Source of the DNA: Gammaproteobacteria bacterium
GTDB taxonomy: Bacteria; Pseudomonadota; Gammaproteobacteria; CBDBNL01; JAAOII01
Reading direction: 5' to 3'
DNA length: 64,000 bases
NCBI GenBank assembly: GCA_965215225.1
Contig: OZ244039.1
Span: 111,771 to 175,770 of the forward strand
Positions 9,154-19,400 of this stretch are shown piece by piece. Positions within the stretch are counted from its first letter, which is position 1; the number at the start of each line of letters is the position of its first letter. The notes under the pieces are model-generated. The model was given only the letters and a program-made list of their open reading frames with translations. It made no database searches and had not been told where the DNA came from. Both the position numbers and the translations under genes were made by a program.

Positions 9154-9960
9154 ATGGGCATATTAGACAGCTTTAGAAGGAGAAAGCAGGTTATTAGCCC
9201 CGCACAGCAGGGGCTAGAATCTCAGTCAAAGGTGCTGGGCGAGAAGAAAGTGGTGAGCACAAGTAATTCGCTTGCTCGTATCACAATTATGAATGGTAAG
9301 GGCGGAAGTGGTAAGAGCACTCTCGCCACCAATCTTGCCGCGCTTCTTTCTTCTCATGATGAGAGTGTCACCTTAATAGACAATGACCCCCAGTGTTCTA
9401 GCATTCGCTGGCTGGGTGAGCGCCCCCATGATATGACTGTTATTAAGGGGGTCACTGTCAGCGAAACCGCCAGATTAAAGAATATTCGCCTCAGATCTGG
9501 TGCAGTAGGGGCAAAGACCAACTATATCATCACCGATACTCAGGCTGGGTTGCACGGTCTTGGTCTAACCGATGTCATTGACCGCAGCGATATGATGATT
9601 ATCCCTGTTCTGCCCTCTGCTATAGACATGCGGGTAACTGCCGACTTTGTTGCCCAGATATTTCTAAATCGTTCTTATCGCAACAAGCCAAAACCCTTAG
9701 GAGTGGTCGCAAATCGGGTCATCAACGACTCTGTTATCTATCGCAAACTACAAAAGTTTTTGCTCAGTCTGAGAGTCAATTTCATCAGCACTTTTCGCGA
9801 CAACAAAGCCTACTTAGAAGCTGCCGAAAAAGGAGCAGGGATCTTTGAGTTAAATTGGCCTGGCCTTGAAGAAGAAAGACAGGAATGGCAACTACTACTC
9901 CGCTGGATAGAAGACAAGAAAGCCAAGCTACAGCCCTCCTCGTCCCTAAGCGCAGACTGA
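9154..9960 (+). CDS. ParA/MinD-family P-loop ATPase (orphan), directly upstream of ccmB where ccmA would be expected.
   Basis: Deviant Walker A ITIMNGKGGSGKSTLATNLAALLS followed by VTLIDNDPQ, a ParA/MinD signature and not the ABC ATPase signature expected for CcmA. 8-bp gap to ccmB. Confidence 0.65.
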   Translation: MGILDSFRRRKQVISPAQQGLESQSKVLGEKKVVSTSNSLARITIMNGKGGSGKSTLATNLAALLSSHDESVTLIDNDPQCSSIRWLGERPHDMTVIKGVTVSETARLKNIRLRSGAVGAKTNYIITDTQAGLHGLGLTDVIDRSDMMIIPVLPSAIDMRVTADFVAQIFLNRSYRNKPKPLGVVANRVINDSVIYRKLQKFLLSLRVNFISTFRDNKAYLEAAEKGAGIFELNWPGLEEERQEWQLLLRWIEDKKAKLQPSSSLSAD

Positions 9961-9967
9961 ACCTCAA

Positions 9968-10609
9968 GTGTCAAGCCTAGCTGGAATATTCATCATTGAA
10001 GCCAAAAGGTATGGGCGTAATGCGCACAATCTCATAACCCCGGCTGTTTTCACCACTCTCATAGCCCTGATAGCAGGCTTTGGCATGCCCCAAATGCCAG
10101 CCGATAGCCTAATATGGATTTGCGCTATCCTAGCCTTTCTTCTTAACACCGACCAGCTTTTCCGTCAAGACTATCACAATGGCTTGTTGGAACAGTATTT
10201 TTTCGCCAGCCTGAGCCCCTACTTCATTATTCTCATCAAGACTGGTATCTTTTCCTTATTCAATAGTGCCGTCCTATTAGGCATCAACCTACCCATCATC
10301 ATTCTATTGCTCCAGCCCCAGACGGATCAGTTGGGACTGCTCCTCTTAGCTTTGTTAGCTATTATCCCCAGCCTCACTATGTTGGTGGCACTTGGCGCCT
10401 CCTATGCATTGGCATCCTCAGGTAGCCTCATGCCGGCACTAATAACCATTCCTTTTTATGTCCCGCTGGTTATCCTAGCCATGTTGGCAACCAATGACCC
10501 TTTGAACTATGCTTACTATCTCTCTTTATTAGTAGCCTTGGCGCTGCTATATGTCTCATTATTAGGCCTCGCCATTCAATTCATCCTAAAAAATCTTGCT
10601 GCCTCTTAG
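9968..10609 (+). CDS. ccmB: Heme exporter protein CcmB.
   Basis: ~213 aa polytopic membrane protein in ccmB position before ccmC. Six predicted TM segments. Confidence 0.7.
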   Translation: MSSLAGIFIIEAKRYGRNAHNLITPAVFTTLIALIAGFGMPQMPADSLIWICAILAFLLNTDQLFRQDYHNGLLEQYFFASLSPYFIILIKTGIFSLFNSAVLLGINLPIIILLLQPQTDQLGLLLLALLAIIPSLTMLVALGASYALASSGSLMPALITIPFYVPLVILAMLATNDPLNYAYYLSLLVALALLYVSLLGLAIQFILKNLAAS

Positions 10610-11321
10610 TCTCACCAAATTGCTTGCTTTACGCAACTGCTATAACCTTAGCGAACGGTTGACTCCTATCCTGCTCCCCATATCCATCGGACTACTGATC
10701 TGCGGAGCACTCTGGGGGCTAATCTATGCGCCGACTGACTTTCGCCAGGGCGACGCCTATCGCATCATCTTCATCCATGTTCCGGCTGCTTTTAGCGCCG
10801 AAGCCATCTATATGTTCATGGCGGCGGCTGCCTTCATATTTCTCATTTGGCGGATCAAATTGGCATATTTGCTAACCAAGGCGGCTGCGCCCCTTGGTCT
10901 TAGCATGGCGTTTATCACCCTTGTGACCGGCTCCCTATGGGGAAAGCCAACCTGGGGAGTCTTCTGGGTTTGGGATGCCCGTATTGTTTCGGTGTTGCTC
11001 TTGTTCATCCTCTATCTAGTGATTATCAACATCCAAAAGTCTCTTCGCCCAGCCGATTTTGCCGCCAAAGCCAGCTGCGTCATCATTCTGCTTGGCTTAG
11101 TCAATATTCCCATCATCAAGTTCTCGGTTGATTGGTGGTTCACTCTTCATCAAAGTGCCTCTCTTTCCCTCTTTCGCCCTCCTTCTATGCCACCCTCTAT
11201 GTGGATGCCACTACTCTTTATGATATTTGCCTTCAACCTATACCTTATCACCCTATTGCTCCTTCGCCTTAACAACGAGATCCTATACTCTGAAAGGCAC
11301 AACCGCTGGTGGCAAGAATGA
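10596..11321 (+). CDS. ccmC: Heme exporter protein CcmC.
   Basis: Tryptophan-rich WWD motif (WGKPTWGVFWVWDARI) and conserved His residues. 241 aa. Confidence 0.85.
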   Translation: MLPLSLTKLLALRNCYNLSERLTPILLPISIGLLICGALWGLIYAPTDFRQGDAYRIIFIHVPAAFSAEAIYMFMAAAAFIFLIWRIKLAYLLTKAAAPLGLSMAFITLVTGSLWGKPTWGVFWVWDARIVSVLLLFILYLVIINIQKSLRPADFAAKASCVIILLGLVNIPIIKFSVDWWFTLHQSASLSLFRPPSMPPSMWMPLLFMIFAFNLYLITLLLLRLNNEILYSERHNRWWQE

Positions 11322-11476
11322 TAACCGAACTCTTTGTGATGAACGGTCATGGCATCTATGTTTGGTCTGCTTATCTCCTGTGCGCGCTGGTGTTGGCGGT
11401 TAATCTAATCCACCCGCGCCGTGAGCTGGCTCGGCTGACAAAGACTCTCAAGACTAAAAGCAAGAATGCGTCCTAA
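11318..11476 (+). CDS. ccmD: Heme exporter protein CcmD (52 aa). Not in the ORF track.
   Basis: Manual translation: MITELFVMNGHGIYVWSAYLLCALVLAVNLIHPRRELARLTKTLKTKSKNAS. Single TM segment, start overlapping the ccmC stop and stop overlapping the ccmE start, as in canonical ccm operons. Confidence 0.6.
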   Translation: MITELFVMNGHGIYVWSAYLLCALVLAVNLIHPRRELARLTKTLKTKSKNAS

Positions 11477-11873
11477 GCGGCGACAAAATCTACAAGCGCT
11501 CATCTTTATCATGCTAGCAGTAGCCTCAGCTACCGCTATCATCCTCTATCAACTCAGAGCCAATATCAACTATTTCTACACCCCATCTGATTTAGCTACC
11601 AGCGATCTGCCATCCGATGCAAGAATAAGAGTCGGCGGCTATGTGGTAAATGGCAGCCTTCGCTACAACCAAGACGGCAGCGCCCAATTCCTGCTAACCG
11701 ATAATCTGGCGGAAGTAGCGGTGGTCTATAGGGGCGTCCTGCCAGCCCTCTTTGCCGAAGGGGATCAAGCCGTAGTAATAGGAACAAATGGCAACAAGCA
11801 AATACTGGCAACCCAGGTCCTAGCAAAGCATGACGAGAACTACCGCCCCCCTGAACTGAAAGAATTAGAATAG
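11466..11873 (+). CDS. ccmE: Cytochrome c-type biogenesis heme chaperone CcmE.
   Basis: N-terminal TM anchor, OB-fold region ...RIRVGGYVVNGSL..., 135 aa. ccmF does not follow; the repeat array begins 7 bp after the stop. Confidence 0.8.
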   Translation: MRPKRRQNLQALIFIMLAVASATAIILYQLRANINYFYTPSDLATSDLPSDARIRVGGYVVNGSLRYNQDGSAQFLLTDNLAEVAVVYRGVLPALFAEGDQAVVIGTNGNKQILATQVLAKHDENYRPPELKELE

Positions 11874-11894
11874 CACCCTGTAGTTATTCCAACT

Positions 11895-13204
11895 AATGGA
11901 AGCGGTAAAGAAGCAGCGCGTCTAAACAAATCTGATTTAATTGAGGTTCGCCAATCCCATCCAAAAACTACCAGCTATGCTATTGGATTGAAGCTGAGGA
12001 ACTAAGTCAAAGCCAGCCATATATAAGAAGGAAAACAGCTTGGCTAGATGGGTCTGGTTGGGTTCAGCTGTCCTAGTCGCTTCGGTTGAAGCTGAGGAAC
12101 TAAGCCAAAGCAAGCTACCTATATATAAGAAGGAAAACAGCTTGGCTAGATGGGTCTAGTTGGGTTCAGCTGTCCTAGCCGCTTCGGTTGAAGCTGTTGA
12201 ATATAAGAGACTAGTCAAAGCCAGCTACCTATATATAAGAAGGAAAGCAACTTGGCTAGATGGTCTGGTTGGGGTTGATCTGTCCTAGCTGAGAACCTAG
12301 TCAAAGCCAGCCACCTATATATAGGAAGGAAAGCAGCTTGACTAGATGATTCTAGTTGGGATTCATCTGTCCTAGCTGAGGAACCTAGTCAAAACCAGCT
12401 ACCTATATATAGGAAGAAAAGCAGCTTGACTAGATGATTCTAGTTGGGATTCATCTGTCCTAGCTGAGAACCTAGTCAAAGCCAGCTACCTATTATATAA
12501 GAAGGAAAGCAGCTTGGCTAGATGGGTCTGGTGGGGATTCTTCTGTCCTAGCCGTTTCGGTTGAAGCTGTTGAAGCTGAGGGACTAGTCAAAGTCAGCCA
12601 CCTATTACATAAGAAGAAAAGCAGCTTGACTAGATGGTCTGGTTGGGGTTGATCTGTCCTAGCTGAGAGCCTAGTCAAAGCCAGCTACCTATATATAGGA
12701 AGAAAAGCAGCTTGACTAGATGGTCTGGTTGGGGTTGATCTGTCCTAGCTGAGAACCTAGTCAAAGCCAGCTACCTATATATAGGAAGAAAAGCAGCTTG
12801 ACTAGATGGTCTGGTTGGGGTTGATCTGTCCTAGCTGAGAACCTAGTCAAAGCCAGCTACCTATTATATAAGAAGGAAAGCAGCTTGGCTAGATGGGTCT
12901 GGTAGGGATTCTTCTGTCCTAGCCGTTTCGGTTGAAGCTGTTGAAGCTGAGGGACTAGTCAAAGTCAGCCACCTATTACATAAGAAGAAAAGCAGCTTGG
13001 CTAGCTGGGTCTGGTTGAGTTCCTCTGTCCTAGCCGCTTTGGTTGAAGTTAGAGGGCCTAAGTCAAAGCAAGTTGTCGATTTAAGGTGAAAGGCTAATCA
13101 AAATCAGTTTGAAGAAGAAGGCAGACTGTCTAAGCGAGTCTGGTCTAGTGTGGGCTTGGCAGGCGTCCCCTCCAAAGACCACCAGCTACGCCAGTTGTCA
13201 ATGG
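11895..13204. repeat. Tandem array of ~12 copies of an 86-118 bp repeat derived from the 3' cassette-junction element of the giant lipoprotein genes. Each unit carries an 8-bp stem ctagtcaa/ttgactag around a TATATATA core and a GCTTC-GGTT-GAAGC hairpin.
   Basis: Direct reading: units such as gcagcttgactagatggtctggttggggttgatctgtcctagctgagaacctagtcaaagccagctacctatatataggaagaaaa recur head-to-tail. Longer variants insert ccgtttcggttgaagctgttgaagct. No unique spacers between units. Confidence 0.85.
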
Positions 13205-15613
13205 CTAATGGTGTGCAGCGAATGGCCGGATATTGACTTGAAGTGCCGAAATCCCAGATAAGATTGTCAGTCGAATTTGTTCATCTGCCTCAATGCTCCC
13301 GCTATGATCCCTATCACACCAGACCGCCAATGGCACGTTATCCCCATCGCTAAATATATTTGTCTCCTCGTCCCACCTATCATAAATATCTGTATAGCCA
13401 GTTGGGCTGCGGAGATCACTAGTGGTCTTGGCTTCACCAATGTTGCCAATACTGCCACTACTAAGAACATCACTGTCCCAATAGGAAGCAACTCCATCTC
13501 CGTCTGAAGCCGTCCCCGTCATAGCAGTATTACTGCCTGAAACTACATAAGAATAAGCAACCCGACCAGCATTAGCATCAACGCCAAGGAAGCCCACCAG
13601 ACCGCCTACAGAAGCAAGAAACAACCCCCCCATTCCGTTCACCTCAGCCACCACAACCGAAGAAGAATGAATCCGAGCACCTGGACCCCGCCCCAACAGA
13701 CCACCTACACTATTACCATTATCCCCTCTCACTTCACCTGCCACAACCGAAGAAGAATATATCTCAACCGATTCACTATCCCCTACCAGACCACCTACAT
13801 TACCCGCAACACCACTCCCTCTCACCTCACCCACCACGACCGAAGAAGAATATATCTCAACCGATATGCCCCCAGTCACTGGGCCCCACCCCAACAGACC
13901 TCCTACTTGATTAGCCCCGCTCACCTCACCCGCCACAACCGAAGAAGAATGAATCCGAGCCAATTCACCATACCCCACCAGACCGCCTACAACATTATCA
14001 GTCCCGTTCACCTTACCCGCCACAACCGAAGAAGAAACAATCCGAGCACTCATACCTCTCCCCATCAGGCCGCCTACATTAATACCACTCCCGCTCACCT
14101 CAGCCACCACAACCGAAGAAGAATTAATCTGAGCCGACGAACCAACCCCCATCAAACCGCCTACACTACCAACCCCTCTCACCTCAGCCACCTCAACCGA
14201 AGAAGAAACAATCCGAGCCGAGCCACCATTCCCTACCAGACTGCCTACAACTCGCCTTCCTATCACCGCTTCGGCGCGGAGAGTCAAATTGCGAATCTCT
14301 GAACCCGTAGCTATATAGCCAAACAAACCCACACAATCCTCAGCTGGACGACTAATGCTTAGATCACTGATCGTCCAGCCATTGCCTTCAAAAGTCCCAT
14401 CAAAAGCAGCTCCTTGACATAAAGCCATACTACTATCTGTATCATTCCCTAATGGCTGCCAGCCTTTGCCCTCTCTATAAGCGGCAAGACTTATATTCCC
14501 AACCAACTCATAGCCAGAACAAGAAGTGATCGCAGCGCCATCACCACAGCCAGTGCTATCAAGCGACCCATCCGCCGATAGCTTTCGCCCATTACCTTCT
14601 AGAGCATGCCTCACTGCATCCAATTGCGCCGCCGTCTCTATCTCTATCAACCCATCCCCATCTCTATCTACGTCCGCCCCATCCATAGAACCATCATTAT
14701 CATCATCTGTATCTTCACCTGCATCTCGGCAACCATCCATATCACTATCGGTCGAAGGATTACTCATCCAACCTGTCTCACCAGCAGAACAGTCGTCCAA
14801 ACTATCACCTACCTCATCATTATCACAATCCGCTAACAACCGACAACTCATCCCACCTGAATTAGTCAGCTGCTCCTTCGTATCAGTATCATCCAACCCA
14901 TCATTATCATCATCTGTGTCCTCAGTCTCATCACGGCAACCATCCCCGTCATTATCGCTAGAAGCATTGCTCTGCCAGTTGATCTCGTGACCAACAGCAT
15001 CCGGATCATCACATCGGTCTGCCTCATTATTAACATCATCGCCATCTAAGTCATCATCCACACTGTCTGCTCGTCTATCCCCATCCGTATCCAGCCCTGA
15101 CCCAATGCCGCCATCGTCGTGGTCGGCCTCATTCTCTGGCCAAACAAAATTGATTGCTACCCTCTGCTGTCTGCCATCATCAAGAGTCCCTATAATCGCA
15201 AAGGTCCAGTTGGATTGGTCGCCTAACCCAGTGAGGTTATAACTGTCATCAGCAAATTCGTTTATGTTAATATTCTTATTTACAGACTCGGTTCTATTGG
15301 TCGCCGTAATCCTCAAAGAAACCATCTCGCCAAAATCCGATTGGTTGCCTATTTGAAAACCATCGGGTATGGGAGCAAAAGTGAGATTTACCTCAAAAGG
15401 CCGGAGAGAACTAGGAGGACCATCACCTGGACCGCCTCCCCCATCTGAACCATTTTCCGAATCATCGCTTCCCCCACCAGCACAAGCCGTAAGAACTAGA
15501 AAGCTGAACCCAACTAAAAAGAAGAGAAGCCGCCCGCCTCGCAAAATCGGAAGGAAAGCAAGCACGAAAGAGGAAAGAAGACCCCGCACCAAACTAAACA
15601 AGCGGGGGGGCAT
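13205..15613 (-). CDS. Giant surface lipoprotein, single cassette (802 aa): lipobox LVLTAC, Ig-like FEVNLTFAPI domain, thrombospondin type-3 repeats, ~10 GLUG-motif repeats (VGGLVG), C-terminal AVWCD...WDFG...YPA domain.
   Basis: ORF track. TSP3 consensus D.D.DG..D..D.C..........D.DGDG..D visible repeatedly. GLUG period of ~19-22 aa. Paralogous to 16365-21803 and 62612-64000. The plus-strand Ser/Pro-rich ORFs inside are antisense artefacts. Confidence 0.7.
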   Translation of the reverse strand: MPPRLFSLVRGLLSSFVLAFLPILRGGRLLFFLVGFSFLVLTACAGGGSDDSENGSDGGGGPGDGPPSSLRPFEVNLTFAPIPDGFQIGNQSDFGEMVSLRITATNRTESVNKNININEFADDSYNLTGLGDQSNWTFAIIGTLDDGRQQRVAINFVWPENEADHDDGGIGSGLDTDGDRRADSVDDDLDGDDVNNEADRCDDPDAVGHEINWQSNASSDNDGDGCRDETEDTDDDNDGLDDTDTKEQLTNSGGMSCRLLADCDNDEVGDSLDDCSAGETGWMSNPSTDSDMDGCRDAGEDTDDDNDGSMDGADVDRDGDGLIEIETAAQLDAVRHALEGNGRKLSADGSLDSTGCGDGAAITSCSGYELVGNISLAAYREGKGWQPLGNDTDSSMALCQGAAFDGTFEGNGWTISDLSISRPAEDCVGLFGYIATGSEIRNLTLRAEAVIGRRVVGSLVGNGGSARIVSSSVEVAEVRGVGSVGGLMGVGSSAQINSSSVVVAEVSGSGINVGGLMGRGMSARIVSSSVVAGKVNGTDNVVGGLVGYGELARIHSSSVVAGEVSGANQVGGLLGWGPVTGGISVEIYSSSVVVGEVRGSGVAGNVGGLVGDSESVEIYSSSVVAGEVRGDNGNSVGGLLGRGPGARIHSSSVVVAEVNGMGGLFLASVGGLVGFLGVDANAGRVAYSYVVSGSNTAMTGTASDGDGVASYWDSDVLSSGSIGNIGEAKTTSDLRSPTGYTDIYDRWDEETNIFSDGDNVPLAVWCDRDHSGSIEADEQIRLTILSGISALQVNIRPFAAHH

Positions 15614-15799
15614 TATTGCGGCTATGTAACAAGGCGGACATAGACAAGGTAAGATAAGAGAAATAAAAGCGAGGCATTGCCGAGGCTAGATAAAAGAAAT
15701 CAGAAAGCAAGGCATTCACAATAGTGAAGAAGCGAGACCTGGTCACGCTAGATAAGAAAATTTTTGTTATCATGGCTAGTAATTGGTTAATGAATTCAT

Positions 15800-15960
15800 A
15801 GGTGGCATTATACCTCTTTTATAGATCTTTTATCTTTTTTTTAACTTTTTTTATCTCTTTTTTACATATCTTTTATCTTTTTTTTGTATCTTTTTTATCT
15901 CTTTTTTATATCTCTTTTAGGTCTCTTTTATATCTTTTTTCTGGTTATTTTTGTCTCAAC
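15800..15960. repeat. Degenerate ~13-bp repeats (tatctcttttttat)n in the 5' region of the 13205-15613 gene.
   Basis: Direct reading of ...ttttatctcttttttacatatcttttatcttttttttgtatcttttttatctcttttttatatctcttttaggtctcttttatatctttttt... Confidence 0.6.
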
Positions 15961-16035
15961 TAGCATTCAATTAATAGAAGATGAATGGTTAGTTCTGCCA
16001 GCTCAATTAACATCAGGACAATGCTCCTTGCCTGT

Positions 16036-16446
16036 TGGATTGAAGCTGAGGAACTAAGTCAAAGCCAGCTACCTAATATATAAGAAGGAAAGCAGCTTGA
16101 CTAGATGGGTCTGGTCGGGGTGTGCCACCAACCAAAGACCACCAGCTATGCCGTTTCGATTGAAGCTGAGAAACTAAGTCAAAGCCAGCTACCTAATATA
16201 TAAGAAGGAAAGCAGCTTGACTAGGTGGGTCTGACTGGGTTCAGCTGTTCTAGCCGTTTCGGTTGAAGCTGGGGGGCTAAGCTAAAGCAAGTTGGTAGTT
16301 TAGGAAAGCAGCTTGGCTAGATGGGTCTGGTTGAGTTCCTCTGTCCTAGCGGCTTCGGTTAAAGCTAGGGAAGCAACGCGTCTAAACGAGGCTGGTTTAG
16401 CCGGGGTTTGGCTGGCGTCCCCTCCAAAGACCACCAGCTACGCCAG
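16036..16446. repeat. Second array (3-4 units) of the junction-derived 100-115 bp repeat, overlapping the 3' coding end of the 16365-21803 gene.
   Basis: Same unit family as 11895-13204 (ttgaagctgaggaactaagtcaaagccagctacctaatatataagaaggaaagcagcttgactagatgggtctgg...). The conserved junction core cctccaaagaccaccagctacgccag lies at 16415-16446. Confidence 0.8.
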
Positions 16447-19400
16447 TCATCAGGGGCTAGCGGGGTGCAGAGAAGAGCGGGATATTGACTTGAGGTGCCG
16501 AAATCCCAGATGCGATTATCAGGGGTTCGTTCATCTGCCTCTATGCTCCCGCTATTATCCCTATCACACCAGACCGCCAAAGGCACGTCTTCCCCATCGT
16601 TAAATATATTTGTATGATTGCCCCAGTTGGCATAAATATCTGTATAGTCAGTTGGACTGCGGAGATCACTAGTGGTCTTCGGGTCACCAATGTCGCCACT
16701 AAGGACATTACTAGTATCACTGTCCCAATAAGAATCAACATCAGTAATCCCGCTTCCAACTCCAGCCAACATATTGGTATTCCTGCCTGAGACTACATAA
16801 GAATAAGCAACCTTGCCAGAGTAAAAGGCTCCCGCCAGACCGGCTATACTACCTAGTAAACCACCACTCCCGCTCACCTCACCCACCACAACCGAAGAAG
16901 AATGAATCCGAGCCGAGCCACCATTCCCTACCAGACCGCCTACACTACTACTCCCGTTCACCTCACCTGCCACAACCGAAGAAGAATGAATCCCAGCCCG
17001 AACACCATTCCCTACCAGACCGCCTACATACAAACCAGTTCCGCTGACCTCAGCCACCACAACCGAAGAAGAAAAAATCCGAGCCGAGTGACCCCATCCT
17101 ACCAGACCACCTAGAACCCCCAACCCGCTCACCTCTCTTGCCACAACCGATGAAGAAAAAATATGAACGCCATCCCCCCACCCCACCAGACCGCCTACAC
17201 GAAGATTACCTTTCACCCCACCCACCACAACCGAAGAAGAAACAATCCGAGCCAAGCCACCATGCCCCACCAGACCGCCTATACTAGTATTCCCACTCAC
17301 CTCACCCACCTCAGCTGAAGAAGAATTAATCCGAGCCGAGCTGCCATCCCCCACCAGACCGCCTACACGAAGATTACCTTTCACCCCACCCACCACAACC
17401 GAAGAAGAAACAATCCGAACATCTGTCCCATACCCCACCAGACCGCCTACTCTATCACCACCTACTACTGCCTCGGCATGAAGAGTCAGATTGCGAATCT
17501 CTGAATTCGCAGCTATATGACCAAACAAACCCACGCAATCCTCACCTGAACGATTAATGCTTAGATCACTAATCATCCAGCCATTGCCTTCAAAAGTCCC
17601 ATCAAAAGCAGCTCCTTGACATCCATCTGTAACATTATCTGTATCATGACCCAAGGGTTGCCAGCCTTTGCCTCCATCACCATCTGCATAGGCTGCAAGA
17701 CTTATATCCGCAACCAGCTCATAACCATTACAGGTCCTAATGCTGTCGCCATCACCACAGCCAATGGTGTCGGTCGTCGCATTCTCTGATAGCTGGCGCC
17801 AGCTACCATGCAAAGCATACCTCACTGCATCTAATTCCGCGGCCCTAGCTATCTCTATCAAACCATCGCCATCATCATCTATATCTATATTGTCGTCATA
17901 ACCATCGCCATCGCAATTCCTATCTAATGCACATCCAGCTGCCTCATCACCATCTCGGACCTCATCATTATCATCGTCTGTATCCTCATCTGCATCACGG
18001 CAACCATCGCCATCATTATCAGTAGAACCATTGCTCGTCCAACCCGTCTCACCAGCAGAACACTGGTCTGAATTATCATCTACCCTATCATTATCGCAAT
18101 CAGTCTTTATTACACAATTTGCCGCCACTTCATCTATGTCTCTGACAGTATCCCCATCGCAATCTGCTAACAGCGAACAACTCACCCCATCCAAATTATT
18201 CTGCTGCTCCCTCACATCAGTATCATCCAATCCATCATTATCGTCATCTGTATCCTCACCCCCATCACGGCAACCATCCCCATCATTATCGGACGATGAA
18301 TTGCTCGTCCAACTTGTCTCACCAACAGAACATTGATCTGAACTATCAGTTACCAAATCATTATCATCATCTTCATCCTCACCCTCATCACGGCAACCAT
18401 CCCTATCATGATCGGTAGAACTATTGCTTAGCCAATCGGGCTCGCCAATAGAACATTGGTCTGAATTATCATCCACCTCATCACTATCACAATCAGTTTC
18501 TATTACACAATTTGATGCCATCTCATCTATATCTCTGACAGTATCCCCATCGCAATCCGCTAACAACCAACATGTCACATTATTTGAATTAGTTAGCCGC
18601 TCTCTCGAATCATTATCCCCTAACCCATCATTATCACAATCCTCATGCAAACGACACTCCCTTCCATCAACCATTCCTGTATCCAGCAAATCTAAAATAT
18701 TATCATCATCATCATCCTCATCACAAGCATCCCCTTCAGTATCACCATCAATATTATATTGTCGAGGATTTACAACAAGCCGGCAATTATCCCTAACATC
18801 CGGAACCCCATCATTATCATCGTCATCATCCACACTATCCGCTCGCCCATCCCTATCTGTATTTAGACCTGGCCGAATACCGCCGCTTGCGTGATCTTCA
18901 CGATTCTCTTGCCAGATAAAATTTATTCTCATATTTTGCTGCCTCCCATCACTAAGAGCCCCTATAATCCGAAAAGTCCAATCGGTTTGATCATCTAGCC
19001 CGATAAAATCATAATAGCTGTCATCAATAAATTCGGCTATGTCAATATCCTCTTCTACTACCAACCCGCCTTCATTAGTTGCTTTGATGTTCAAAGAAAC
19101 CGAATCACCAAAATCCGATTGGTTAGCTATGCGAAAACCATCGCTTATGGGAGTAAAAGTGAGATCCACCTCAAAGAAAGGAAGCAGCTCATCTAAACGG
19201 GTCCGGTTTAGTCGAGGTTTACCAATCTCATCCAAAAACCACGAGCTACGCCAGTCGGCAGGGGTTAGCTGAGTGCAGCGAATGGCGGGATATTGACTTG
19301 AATTACCGAAATCCCAAATAAGATTGTCCTCGGTTTGTTCATCTGTCTCAATGCTCCCGCTATTATCCTCATCACACCAGACCGCCAATGGGACGTCTTC

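Noticed and set aside
9154-9960. Calling this ORF ccmA.
   Set aside because: Walker A KGGSGKST followed by LIDNDPQ is the ParA/MinD deviant P-loop. There is no ABC signature motif or Q-loop pattern.
11895-13204. Possible CRISPR array.
   Set aside because: The units are contiguous with no unique spacers and are 86-118 bp long with internal palindromes. No cas genes are nearby.
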